Shown: positions 12,468 to 23,498 of the stretch, one piece after another
How positions within the stretch are numbered: the stretch's first letter is position 1
Layout: each line of letters begins with the position of its first letter
Assembly (NCBI GenBank): GCA_951406725.2
Contig: OX597819.1
Span: 13,516,001 to 13,580,000, forward strand
Length of the DNA: 64,000 bases
Reading direction: 5' to 3'
From: Octopus vulgaris
Lineage: Eukaryota
The notes under the pieces: model-generated
What the model saw: only the letters and a program-made list of their open reading frames with translations
Databases searched by the model: none
Told to the model about the DNA's origin: nothing
Made by a program: the position numbers and the translations under genes

Positions 12468-12476
12468 ATATATACA

Positions 12477-12528
<52 letters not shown>

Positions 12529-12567
12529 TACATATATACATATAATATATATATATATATATATACA

Positions 12568-12598
<31 letters not shown>

Positions 12599-12617
12599 CA
12601 TATATACATATATATAC

Positions 12618-12695
<78 letters not shown>

Positions 12696-12999
12696 CATAT
12701 ATATACATACATATACATATATATACATACATATACATATATATACATACATACATATACATACATATATATATATATATATACATACATATACATATAT
12801 ATATATACATACATATACATATATATATATACATACATATACATATATATATACATACATATACATATATATATATACATACATATATATATACATACAT
12901 ATACATATATATACATACATATATATATATATACATATAATATATATATATATATACATAATACATAATATATATATATATATACATACATATATATAC

Positions 13000-13039
<40 letters not shown>

Positions 13040-13085
13040 ACACATACATACATATATATACATGCATATATATATATATATATAC
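12468..13085. repeat. (TA)n/(TACA)n compound microsatellite ending ~220 bp upstream of the TIMM50 ATG
   Basis: Directly visible. Confidence 0.95.
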
Positions 13086-13144
13086 AACGTGTGTTTATAT
13101 ATATTCATTAATGTATATAGATAATAATTTCTATGAGAGCTAGT

Positions 13145-13305
13145 CATCCAGAGATTCGGTTACAACTCCTGCGGTACTAAAGTCATTCATTCAACACAAT
13201 TCCATTTAAAAGACCGGCAGTTGCCGTCGTCGTCGTGGTAGTCGGGGGGTGACGGTGACGGGGGAGGAGTAATATAATTACCCACAATTCCCCACCACTA
13301 ATAAC
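13145..13305 (+). promoter_or_regulatory. Probable TIMM50 promoter / 5' UTR
   Basis: Locally GC- and CpG-rich non-repeat sequence (gccgtcgtcgtcgtgg) directly before the ATG in an otherwise CpG-poor background. TSS not determinable. Confidence 0.5.
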
Positions 13306-13756
13306 ATGGCGGCCTTCACGAGGTACATGTGTCTTTCAAGGAGGATAAATTTATGCTATCCGATATTGACTCATCATTTTACCTCAGAATCGCGTTTGAA
13401 ATGCACAATTGTAAGAACTTTAATGTCTAGTAACGATTTGAATACACTTTGTGTCCGTCTAGAAAATGTAAAACGACTGTTAAGTACAGAAGCCGATACA
13501 CCTGAGCGTCGAAATGTCCGGAGTAAAAGCACTTCCGACCTAGGGTCTCTCACAAGCGACATCCTTAGTTCCAATATCAAAGCTGCTTCAGTTTCTTCAC
13601 CTTCCAAAGACGGTGGCACAGAACAGTCCAGTTCTTCTTCAGGATCTAAAAAGGAAAGATCTTCGAGATGGACCGGTAAAAATGCATGGAAGTTAGGTTT
13701 ACTGTTGCTCGGAGGTTGGGCTACCTTGACGACGGGCGTACTCATTAGTATTTGGG
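13306..13756 (+). CDS. TIMM50: Tim50 coding exon 1 (presequence, Ser-rich linker, transmembrane helix)
   Basis: ATG at 13306 in ACATGG context. Basic/hydroxylated N-terminus, then TM segment AWKLGLLLLGGWATLTTGVLISIWG. Donor G|GTAGGT at 13757, phase 1, joins exon 2 in frame. Confidence 0.9.
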
Positions 13757-14804
13757 GTAGGTACAAGCGATATAATTTGACTTTGCATTCATAACTTTCA
13801 CTACCTGCCCCTCTATCATTTATTTCTCTCTACTATCCTCTCGTATTCGTTACTTTTTCTGTCATTTGATATTTTCTTTGTAATTTGTTCGCCGTCTTCT
13901 TCTGAGAGGTCATATAGGTGTCATTCGCTCTCATCGCCCCACTTTTGTTTATTATGTCGATTTAATGATTAAATTTCTGCAGTTCTCTATCACTGCACAT
14001 CAGTATTCATTACCTTTTGCCGTATTTCGACTACATCTAAATTTTTGCTTCATTTATTACTATAACAAGTAAGGAATCAAAGAAAACATAATCCATGCTA
14101 CATGCGTGATAAAAGATACTCGAGCCAACAGGAGAATCTCTATGTGGTTGTTTCGACTTGCTAGAAATAGCAGCCATGTATTCCTTAAACCGCACCCTAC
14201 TATTTGAAATAAGGAAAGGTAGACTTAGTCGCTTGGTTTTTTTTTTTTTCACAGTGTCTACTCTGTTGGAAGCATTCGGTTCAAGTCTCTGGTCTGACGA
14301 TAATTTCTTCCTAACAGTCATGGGTAGACACAGAAAAGGATCACGATTGCTGCCTTTCATCTTTTGACTAAGTCATGAAAAAAAAAAAAAGACATAGCAA
14401 ATAAATAAATTAACTTTGTGTTTCATCTTGTGTACGTGTGAATTTATTGAGCTTAATGTCATGCGTTTGTGTTGTATGTGTTTCATATTGTTATGTACAG
14501 CAATAAAGAAGTTTTCAACCTTTTCGCTGTTCGTGAAGCACATTTATCGTTTCTTCTGTTTATTTTTGTAATAGCTAACACATTTACAGTATATGCTTAC
14601 TGTCGCCTAAAAATTCCATTACACACACTCACATGTTCCTTGCAGAATAAACGTTTGCAAACTCACTTTAATACTTGCTTTCTTGATATGAAATGATGGA
14701 GATTGTAAAAAAAATGTTCTGGTCTTGATATAATTAAGTTAACCACCTGGATACAAATACATATCCCAATTATAACAGATGTATATATATATTATTTGTT
14801 GCAG

Positions 14805-14836
14805 GAGCCCCTGCAGTGGATCCGGAAGGGAACGAA
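14805..14836 (+). CDS. TIMM50: Tim50 coding exon 2 (32 nt)
   Basis: ttgttgcag acceptor, GTAAGT donor. Reads (G)APAVDPEGNE, matching the post-TM PxDxxG segment of Tim50. Confidence 0.88.
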
Positions 14837-16659
14837 GTAAGTGTCCATTCATCTAACAAACAATTACATCGTGGTAGAGTCATGATATTGATTTAACACA
14901 CACACACTGTTATAATTTTGTCTTAACGACAGTTCAATAGTGTAAGTGACCAAGTCAGATATGCGACGATACTTTTAATGGTTCATGATTCTACTTCGAT
15001 GCAAATGTTTCCATTACAACACACGATCTCATCACTAACTCCAACATTTAACAATCAGTTTTTGATGACAATTTGTTTCTGTTTATACTTTGGCTTACAG
15101 TGTATAGTTCGATAATCCGTTAGCCGGTTTTATACCATCATATGGACTTTGGATGTCTTTATCATAGACCGTTCTGTTGCAAGCATTAACATTCAGGCCA
15201 TCTCGCTGGGCTGAGAATACCTCCTGTCCCTTTCTCTCCATCAGTCTAGGAGACCCCGTGAAAGATCATGGGGACTGCCCTTCTGGCCAAACCATGAAAA
15301 GAACTTTAAAAAGTACCCTGAAGATATATTAAATACTGTATAATAATGATAATAAATTTTGAGTCAATAGAATTGCTTATTGGTAGAGAATTTACCGGAG
15401 AGTAACATTTGAGAAAAGGCAGAATGGCCTGTGTCGAAGAATGTATTAATGCCAACTGTTACATAACTTGTTCCCTCAGTCACTTTGGACATGGCATGAT
15501 TGAAAGACCGAGAAGGATGTTTTGTCTTCAGATTCCTTGGATAATCTCTATTGATTAGAGTTTTCCAATTCCTTATATTCCAAATGTGAAACACTGTCAT
15601 ATTTGTGGGTCTGCTGAGGGATTCCACCTTGGCCTTATTTTACTATTATAGGCCTGGGCGTATGGTTAAAAAGTTTGTTCCCCAGCCTTATGTTTCAAGC
15701 TCAGTCCCATTGAATGGCACCTTGGGCAAGTGTTCTCTATGGTCCTGTAAAAGGCACCGAAAATCTTAGGAGTGGATTTGGTAGACGAAAACTGAAGGAA
15801 ACTTGATGGGGGAAATATTACCTTGCTTGGAAACCAGTGAAGGTCGGCAACAAGAAGGGAATCCCTCTTGAAAATCTGCCTCAGGGAATTATGACCAACC
15901 CAGCTGAGCTTGGGAAAGTCAACATTAAAACAATGATGAGTATACATCAGTGATGTTGATAGTGTCACTAAACATTTTGTCATCTCTTCTAAGCAAGCTA
16001 ACAAGAGAGCTCCAATGTAGTCTTTTGACCTGCTAGAAAAAGCTGTTAAATCTTCCTCAAACGAAACCTCACCATCTTAAACAGGATCTGACACATCAGG
16101 TTGTATTCCTGGATACACTGAGGGGAAAAATGGAATGGTCATGGCTGGAATACTTTTGATCATAGGTTTACTCAATGAAGGTTAACCTGGAATTAAATCA
16201 CCGCCACAACTTTTGAGGTGGTGTTTTCTTGTTGTTTAGCCCCGTGTCAAGTAGACCTTTGTTCAAAGACATTCCAGTCTTACCATTCATCATCATCATC
16301 GTTTAACGTCCACTTTCCATGCTGGGATGGATTGGACAGTTTGACAGAGGACTGGCAATCCAGGCTCCAATCTGTTCAGGCAAGGTTTCTACAGCTGGAT
16401 GCCCTTCCTAATGACAACCACTCCTACAGTGTAGTGGGCGCTTTTTACATGTCACTGGCACAGGAGCCAGTCAGGCAGCTCTATCTTACTATCATATACA
16501 ACACACCCTGGACTATTTTATGCCATACAAGGGATTCAGACTAGATTTAGCAGTTTACTTTAAAGGAAAACACAACATCCAAAAATACAAGTATTTTGAT
16601 AAAATACCCACAAAACTATGTCTGGGTGATAATAGTTTACTCAAAGTAACCAGCCTCAG

Positions 16660-16990
16660 CATCCATCCATGGCCTTCAAGTAGCTTCAGAACCTGATGCG
16701 AGTATTTCTCTCTGTATCATTGGGAAGATCTTTGAACCCCTCCTTGATTTTAGCCACCAGTTCAGCCTTGGTGTTTCAAGCAGAATGGTTAGTGTCTTCC
16801 TCAACCATGCCCCACACTTAGTAATCCATAGGATTATAATTGGAGGAATTAGGATTATAATTGGGGCTGGTGAAATCTTAGAAATTCTCCAAAAACCGCT
16901 TCTGACTCTTTCGGGAGTTATGTCAAGGGGCCGAATCCTGCTGCCTCACACATGGCCTTCCAGCAGTTTCACATTGAACTGAGCCTAAAG
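16660..16990 (-). mobile_element. Decayed Tc1/mariner transposase C-terminal fragment
   Basis: Reverse strand reads RQQDSAP*HNSRKSQKRFLENF*DFTSP, the QQD.AP.H second-Asp motif. Confidence 0.65.
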
Positions 16991-17514
16991 CTCTGTTCAA
17001 AGATGTGGGGATGAATTCTGATGTGCAGATGCAGTCAGAACACCTGTTGTGTCCCTTCCTACTCGCTACAGCCTGTAGTCTCTGTTGCAGCTGTTCATGT
17101 CATATCGTACAGCCTTCACCATTTGAGCTTGGTTGATGCCAGTGGCACATAAAAAGCACCCACTACACTCCTCAGAGTGGTTGGTATTAGGAAGGGCATC
17201 CAGCTGTAGAAACCTTGCTGGAACAGATTGGAGCCTGGTGCAGTCTCCTGGCTTGCCAGTCCTCAATCAAACCATCCAACTCATGCCTTTATGGAAAGCA
17301 GACATGAAACAATGATGGTTTACAGTGTTCGCAGAGCATTGAGCAGCAGGTATGATGTTGGCATTTTAACACCTGGCCTGAATCATCACGATACAGGTAA
17401 CTCTTTTCGTCTATTCAGATGGCTTCCAGTCCTCCATGTCAGCTAATTCTTCTCAACTGCAACTTTACTCCTTATGCTCTCAAGTATGATTTGGTGAACA
17501 TTTCAAGCCATCGA

Positions 17515-17585
17515 CTGTTCACCAATGCCTGTTCACCAATGCCTGTTCACCAATGCGTGTTCATCAATGCGTGTTCATCAAGCTG
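17515..17585. repeat. 14-bp tandem repeat (CTGTTCACCAATGC) x ~5
   Basis: Directly visible. Confidence 0.85.
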
Positions 17586-18630
17586 TTACTGAAAAAAGGA
17601 GAAATAACAATTGTCAAATTTGCCCTGATCACGTTGTATATGTTTCATCTTTCTCTAAGTTTGTAGAGTATGTTTTGAGGGAGAATTGACTACCATTTGT
17701 AATGATCCAAGGGACAATACAGAGCTTCTGTTGTGTGATTCATCTTGCATTGTTATTCATTTACGTGTTTCAGTCATTTGACTGTGGCCATGCTGGAGCA
17801 CATCTTTTAGTCAAAGAAATTGAACCCCAGGACTTATTCTTTGTAAGCCTAGTACTTATTATATCAGTCTGTTTTGCCGAACTGCTAAGTTACATTGACA
17901 TAAATATTGGTTGTCAAGCGATGGTGGAGGGGACAGACACACACACATACAATTATATATATATATATATATCATCATCATCATCGTTTAACGTCCGTTT
18001 TCCGTGCTAGCACGGGTTGGACGGTTCGACCGGGGTCTGGGAAGCCAGGGGCTGCACCAGGCTCCAGTCTGATCTGGCAGTGTTTCTACAGCTGGATGCC
18101 CTTCCTAACGCCAACCACTCCACGAGTGTAGTGGGTACTTTTTGCGGGCTACCTGCACAGGTGCCAAGAGGGTCTGGCATCGGCCACGATCGGTTGGTGT
18201 TTATAACGTGCCACCGGCACGGAAGCCAGCCAAGGCGGCACTGGCATTGGCCACGTTCGGATGGTGCTTTTTATGTATGAATGATGGGCTTCTTTCAGTT
18301 TCCGTCTACCAAATCCACTCACAAGGCTTTGACTGGCCCAAGGCTATAGTAGAAGACACTTGCCCAAGGTGTCACACAGTGGGACTGAACCCAAAACCAT
18401 ATGGTTGGGAAGCAACCTTCTTACTATACAGCCATGTTTGCACCTATGTTGTTTATAAATACACTGACTAACTACTTGCATTCTGGTTCATGAATTCCTG
18501 TTTATTCTATTATAAAATTGAACTAAAACATTAAAATGTATTTTACCTTCCCTATTCTCGTTGTTTATATGCAACTTTGCTTTTATAATTAAAACAAAGA
18601 AACTTATCATTTATTTAATTTTTTTTCCAG

Positions 18631-18652
18631 TTCAAAGATGAATTTTCTGACT
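18631..18652 (+). CDS. TIMM50: Tim50 coding exon 3 (22-nt microexon)
   Basis: Long polypyrimidine tract ending ccag, GTAAGT donor. Reads FKDEFSD plus 1 nt (Tim50 DEF motif) and is required to keep frame between exons 2 and 4. Confidence 0.88.
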
Positions 18653-18943
18653 GTAAGTTGATGATTTTGTTTGTCCATGTCTAAATGAATTTATTAATTT
18701 ATTAACTCTTTTGTTACCAGCCCGGCTGAAACTGGCTCTTGCTACATATGTCTTGTTTTCATAAGTTTTGAATTAAAATCTTCCTCCAAACCTTAGTCAC
18801 AATTTATGTTCCTAACACTAGCTGAATGATAACTAAGTTATTTTACTAAATTCTTTGTTATGTTTAAAATTAATTGAAAGAAACACAGAGCATCTCAACA
18901 GAAATATGATAACAAAAATATATAATAGAGAAACAATTCTTAA

Positions 18944-19164
18944 CCCTTTCGATACCAACCTGGCTGAAACCACCTCTATCTCTGAGTACAAATGTCTTGT
19001 TTTCATAAGTTTTGAATTAAAATCTTCCACCAAACCTCAGTCACAATTTATGCTCCTAACACCAGCTTAATGATAACTAAGTTATTTTACTAAATTCTTT
19101 GTTATATTTAAAATTAATTCAAAGAAACACAGAGCATCTCAAAATAAATACCTTAACAAAAGGG
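18944..19164. mobile_element. TTAA-flanked piggyBac-like MITE, preceded by a partial tandem copy at ~18702-18915
   Basis: TTAA|CCCTTT...AAAGGG|TTAA; internal sequence duplicated immediately upstream. Confidence 0.8.
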
Positions 19165-19371
19165 TTAATGGAGTGAAATGTAGGATGAACAGAGAATTTA
19201 GGACTATTGTGTTGGTGTTTTCAAAATTCATTGAAACATTTTTTTTTTCTGTAATGAAAGATAGCCTCCTCCTCCTCATCATCATCATTTAACAATGATG
19301 GTTAGGAGGCTATATTTTATTACAGAAAAAAAAAAGGGGGGTCACAAATGGGGCTAGAACAATGTTGAGGA

Positions 19372-19878
19372 TACTTAGTTGTTTATATATCTACACACAC
19401 ACACACACAAATATATATGTTGTGACTGATGTTGGTTTCACACAACTGGCACCTGTACTGGTGGCATGTAAAAAAGAACCGATTACACTCTTGGAATGGT
19501 TGATGTTAGGAAGGGCATCCAGTTGTAGAAACCATACCATATCAGGCTGGAGCTTGGTGCAGCTCTCTGGCTTACCAGCTCCAGTGAAACCGTCCAACCC
19601 ATGCCAGCATGGAAAGTAGAGGCTAAATGATGACGATAATATTTCTTGCCAGTATCTTGTCATTCCTGCCTCTCTGTCATTTATGGTGCCATGTTTTACC
19701 AATTCTTATTTGGTCTCCAAATATTGTGCTGCAAATTGCTCACAGTGAAAGGAATCTAGGATTTCTATCTCCCTTCCATCTTATTCTTCCCATCTTCCCA
19801 TCTTTCCATTAAAGAGCAAATCAAAATGCTTCAAAAGATGCGAGTCCAATGCTAACTTGTGCATGTTTATATTTAAGC
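19372..19878 (+). repeat. Dispersed ~490-bp duplication, copy 1 (copy 2 at 24318-24801)
   Basis: Near-identical, including sequence on both sides of the embedded RTE 3' end. Confidence 0.9.
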
Positions 19879-21971
19879 CATAATGATGATGATCATCATT
19901 ATCATAATCCTCATCATCCTCGTTCCATACTGGCATCAGTTGGACCAAATTGATTTTTAATGGAAACATGAACAGCAGTTGTTCTGTGACAAGTTCAGCA
20001 GCAATATGAAGGGATTAAAACTTTAGGATTAATCACTGATTCTGTCTGCTCTGTTGATGATATTCAGTACACAGGCCAGAAAAGGCACAGGTGCGACGCT
20101 GTGGTTAATAAGCTTTCTTCCCAGTCATGTGATTTGGGGTTCAGTCCCACTGTGTGGCACTTTGAGCAAGTGTCTCCTAGTATAGCCCTGTGTTAACCAA
20201 AACCTTGTGAGTGGATTTGATAGATGGAAACTGAAGCAAGTCCATTGTCTATGTGTGTGTGTGTATACATTGTTTCAGTCATTTGACCGCCGTCATGCTG
20301 GGGCAGCACTTTGAAGGGTTTCAGCTGAACAAATTTTAAGCTGGTACTTTTTGCTGAACCACTAAGTTACAGGGATGTAAACACACCAACACCATTTGTC
20401 AAGTAGTGGTGGTGGTGGTGGGGGGGGCAAACAAAGGCACACAAAAAAAACACATACATTGATATATACATAAATATAATCAATGGGCTTCTTTCAGTTT
20501 CCATTTACCAAATCCACTTACAAAGCTTTGGTTGACCCAAGGCTATAGTAGAAGACACTTGCCCAAGATGCCACACAGTGGGACTGAACCCAGAACCATG
20601 TGGTTGGGGAGCAAGCTTCTTACCACACAGCCACGCTTGTGCCTATATATATATGTCATATATATATGTCTATATATATGTCTGTGTGGTGAGGTATATG
20701 GCCCCAGAAAGCACAAGAATTGGCTTGCAAAACTGTATGGGGTGGCAGACTACCAGGAGGGATAGGGTTGAAGGGTGGATGAACAAGGGGCCATCAGTTG
20801 GGAGAGATAGAGGAGATGCAAAAGAGAGTGGGGTGAGGTGGAGGCAAGCAGCAAGAATAGTAAAGATTATACAAAAATGAATTTCATGAAATCATTGCAG
20901 AAAAGGCCATTTGGTACTGTTTACTCTTTTACTTGTTTCAAGTCATTTGACTGCGGCCATGCTGGAGCACCGCCTTTAATCGAGCAACTCGACCCCGAGA
21001 CTTATTCTTTTGTAAGCCCAGTACTTATTCTATCGGTCTCTTTTGCCGAACCGCTAAGTAATGGGGACATAAACACACCAGCATCAGTTGTCAAGCAATG
21101 CTAGGGGGACAAACACAGACACACAAACACACACACGCATATATATATATATATACACACATATATACGACGGGCTTCTTTCAGTTTCCGTCTTCCAAAT
21201 CCACTCACAAGGCTTTGGTCGGCCCGAGGCTATAGTAGAAGACACTTGCCCAAGGTGCCACGCAGTGGGACTGAACCCGGAACCATGTGGTTGGTAAACA
21301 ATCTGCTTACCACACAGCCACTCCTGAGCCTAATTGAATATTTTGTAGTTATTATTTCTGTTTTGCTCTTCTCCAAAATCTGGGTTGCTGTTAAGGTATT
21401 TTCACTGGGAGCTAGTTATAAGTGTCCGTCCGTTGTAGCAGTATTGCAAACAACAACACTTGCTGAAGAGTTATGAAATTTTGAATTTTTGTGGCTCGTA
21501 TCATGAGATTTACTAATGGCTTTAAAGAGGAAAACACAGCAAAAAGAAAAATTAAGTAATGTAAATGTAGCCCCCCCCTCTGTCACCCCTTCCCAAATGA
21601 ACCCAGATACACATCAGTTTCATATCCATCTTGAATATAGGTGCAGGAGTGGCTGTGTGGTAAGTAGCTTGCTAACCAACCACATGGTCGCGGGTTCAGT
21701 CCCACTGCGTGGCATCTTGGGCAGGTGTCTTCTGCTATAGCCCCGGGCCGACCAATGCCTTGTGAGTGGATTTGGTAGACGGAAACTGAAAGAAGCCTGT
21801 CGTATATATATATATATATACACTCACGGAGTGGTTGGCGTTAGGAAGGGCATCCAGCTGTAGAAACATTGCCAAATTAGACTGGAGCCTGGTGCAGCCT
21901 TCTGGCTTCCCAGAACCCCGGTCGAACCGTCCAACCCATGCTAGCATGGAGAACGGACGTTAAACGACGAT

Positions 21972-22483
21972 ATACAAATTAAGATAGGAGTTGTAAATGC
22001 AACCCTCCATGGGATAACATATATCCAATATACTGCTAGTGAAGTACCCAACAAAATTAATACATAAATGTTAAGGATTGCGATGCAATCAATTCATTTA
22101 CTGTATTATATGGGCAAAGGTAAAATGATTTATCACAAATTACTAATACCAGATAAGAAAATGGAGAAATACATCTAAATCAAATATTAATTACCAGATA
22201 ATACTCAATCACATACTTTATTAAACCACCACATAAGAGACTGTAGGGTTAAACATAAAAAAAACAGAACAAATCTGTGTACATAAAGGAATGTACATAA
22301 AAAAGTGTACATAAAAGAGTGATGTTGTATAATAAGTAGAATATATATAAAAAAGAGAATATACATATAAGTAAATATAAGTATAGATTACATCTTATGT
22401 GATGGTTTAATAAAGTATGTGATTGAGTATTATCTGGTAATTGATATTTGATTTAGATGTATTTCTCCATTTTCTTATCTTGT
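21972..22483. mobile_element. Rearranged Penelope-like non-autonomous element with inverted 3' end (related copy ~48645-49020)
   Basis: 22151-22238 and 22393-22480 are inverted repeats; 22150-22397 matches 48650-48898. The Penelope link is inferred from architecture only. Confidence 0.55.
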
Positions 22484-22842
22484 ATATATATATATATATA
22501 TGTGGGTGGGGTGTCTGTGTTTGTCCCCCTAGCATTGCTTGACAACCGATGCTGGTGTGTTTACGTTCCCGTCACTTAGCGGTTCGGCCAAAGAGACCGA
22601 TAGAATAAGTACTGGGCTTACAAAGAATAAGTCCCGGGGTCGATTTGCTCGACTAAAGGCGGTGCTGCAGCATGGCCGCAGTCAAATGACTGAAACAAGT
22701 AAAAGAGAGTAAAGAGTATGTGACCTCTAATATGACTGGTATTATCAGGGATAACAGGGAAAATACCAGTCTGATGGTTTGTGTTGGCAAAAATAGCAGT
22801 TTAAGATTAAATTTTGTAAAACATAGCCATATTATGTCCTGT

Positions 22843-23225
22843 GGGGAGGCGCAATGGCCCAGTGGTTAGGGCAGTGGACTCGCGGTCATAGGATCGCGGT
22901 TTCGATTCCCAGACCGGGCGTTGTGAGTGTTTATTGAGCGAAAACACCTAAAGCTCCACGAGGCTCCGGCAGGGATGGTGGTGATCCCTGCTGTACTCTT
23001 TCACCACAACTTTCTCTCACTCTTACTTCCTGTTTCTGTTGTGCCTGTATTTCAAAGGGCCGGCCTTGTCACTCTCTGTGTCACGCTGAATATCCCCGAG
23101 AACTACGTTAAGGGTACACGTGTCTGTGGAGTGCTCAGCCACTTACACGTTAATTTCACGAGCAGGCTGTTCCGTTGATTCGGATCAACCGGAACCCTCG
23201 TCTTCGTAACCGACGGAGTGCTTCC
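22843..23225 (+). mobile_element. tRNA-derived SINE family C with 12-bp TSD
   Basis: A box TGGCCCAGTGG, B box GGTTTCGATTCCC. TSD att(a/g)tgtcctgt at 22831-22842 and 23226-23237. Confidence 0.88.
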
Positions 23226-23439
23226 ATTGTGTCCTGTACAGCAGCCTAAGCATTTATAAACACAGAGTTGTCCAGTGTCTCGTATCTGTATGGACAACAT
23301 GTTGTCCAGCTTTTGTTAGATATTTGGTTGACATCTAATTAGCTAATTATTGCAATGTGATGTACCTTGGTTTTTATCTAATTAACTAATGATTGTTTTG
23401 TGTAATTTGTTAATGATTGTCATGTAATACATTTTTCAG

Positions 23440-23498
23440 TATGGTTTGTCCAAGCTTATTTAAAGAGAGCATTAAAGGAATTTCGTCAATACAAACAG
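23440..23498 (+). CDS. TIMM50: Tim50 coding exon 4 (59 nt)
   Basis: atttttcag acceptor, GTAAGA donor. Reads (L)WFVQAYLKRALKEFRQYKQ. Confidence 0.88.

Noticed and set aside
11417-13147. Long YI/HT/CV-rich ORFs (also 286-678 and similar)
   Set aside because: Translations of stop-free (TA)n/(TACA)n/(TG)n microsatellites in overlapping frames.
13757-13794. ORF-track extension of TIMM50 exon 1 to a stop at 13794
   Set aside because: Read-through into intron 1 past the GTAGGT donor; similar intronic extensions affect ORFs at 29103, 36020 and 38623.
22843-22915. tRNA gene (also 47475-47545 and family A heads)
   Set aside because: No clean acceptor stem or terminator; runs directly into SINE body, with a TSD in this case.
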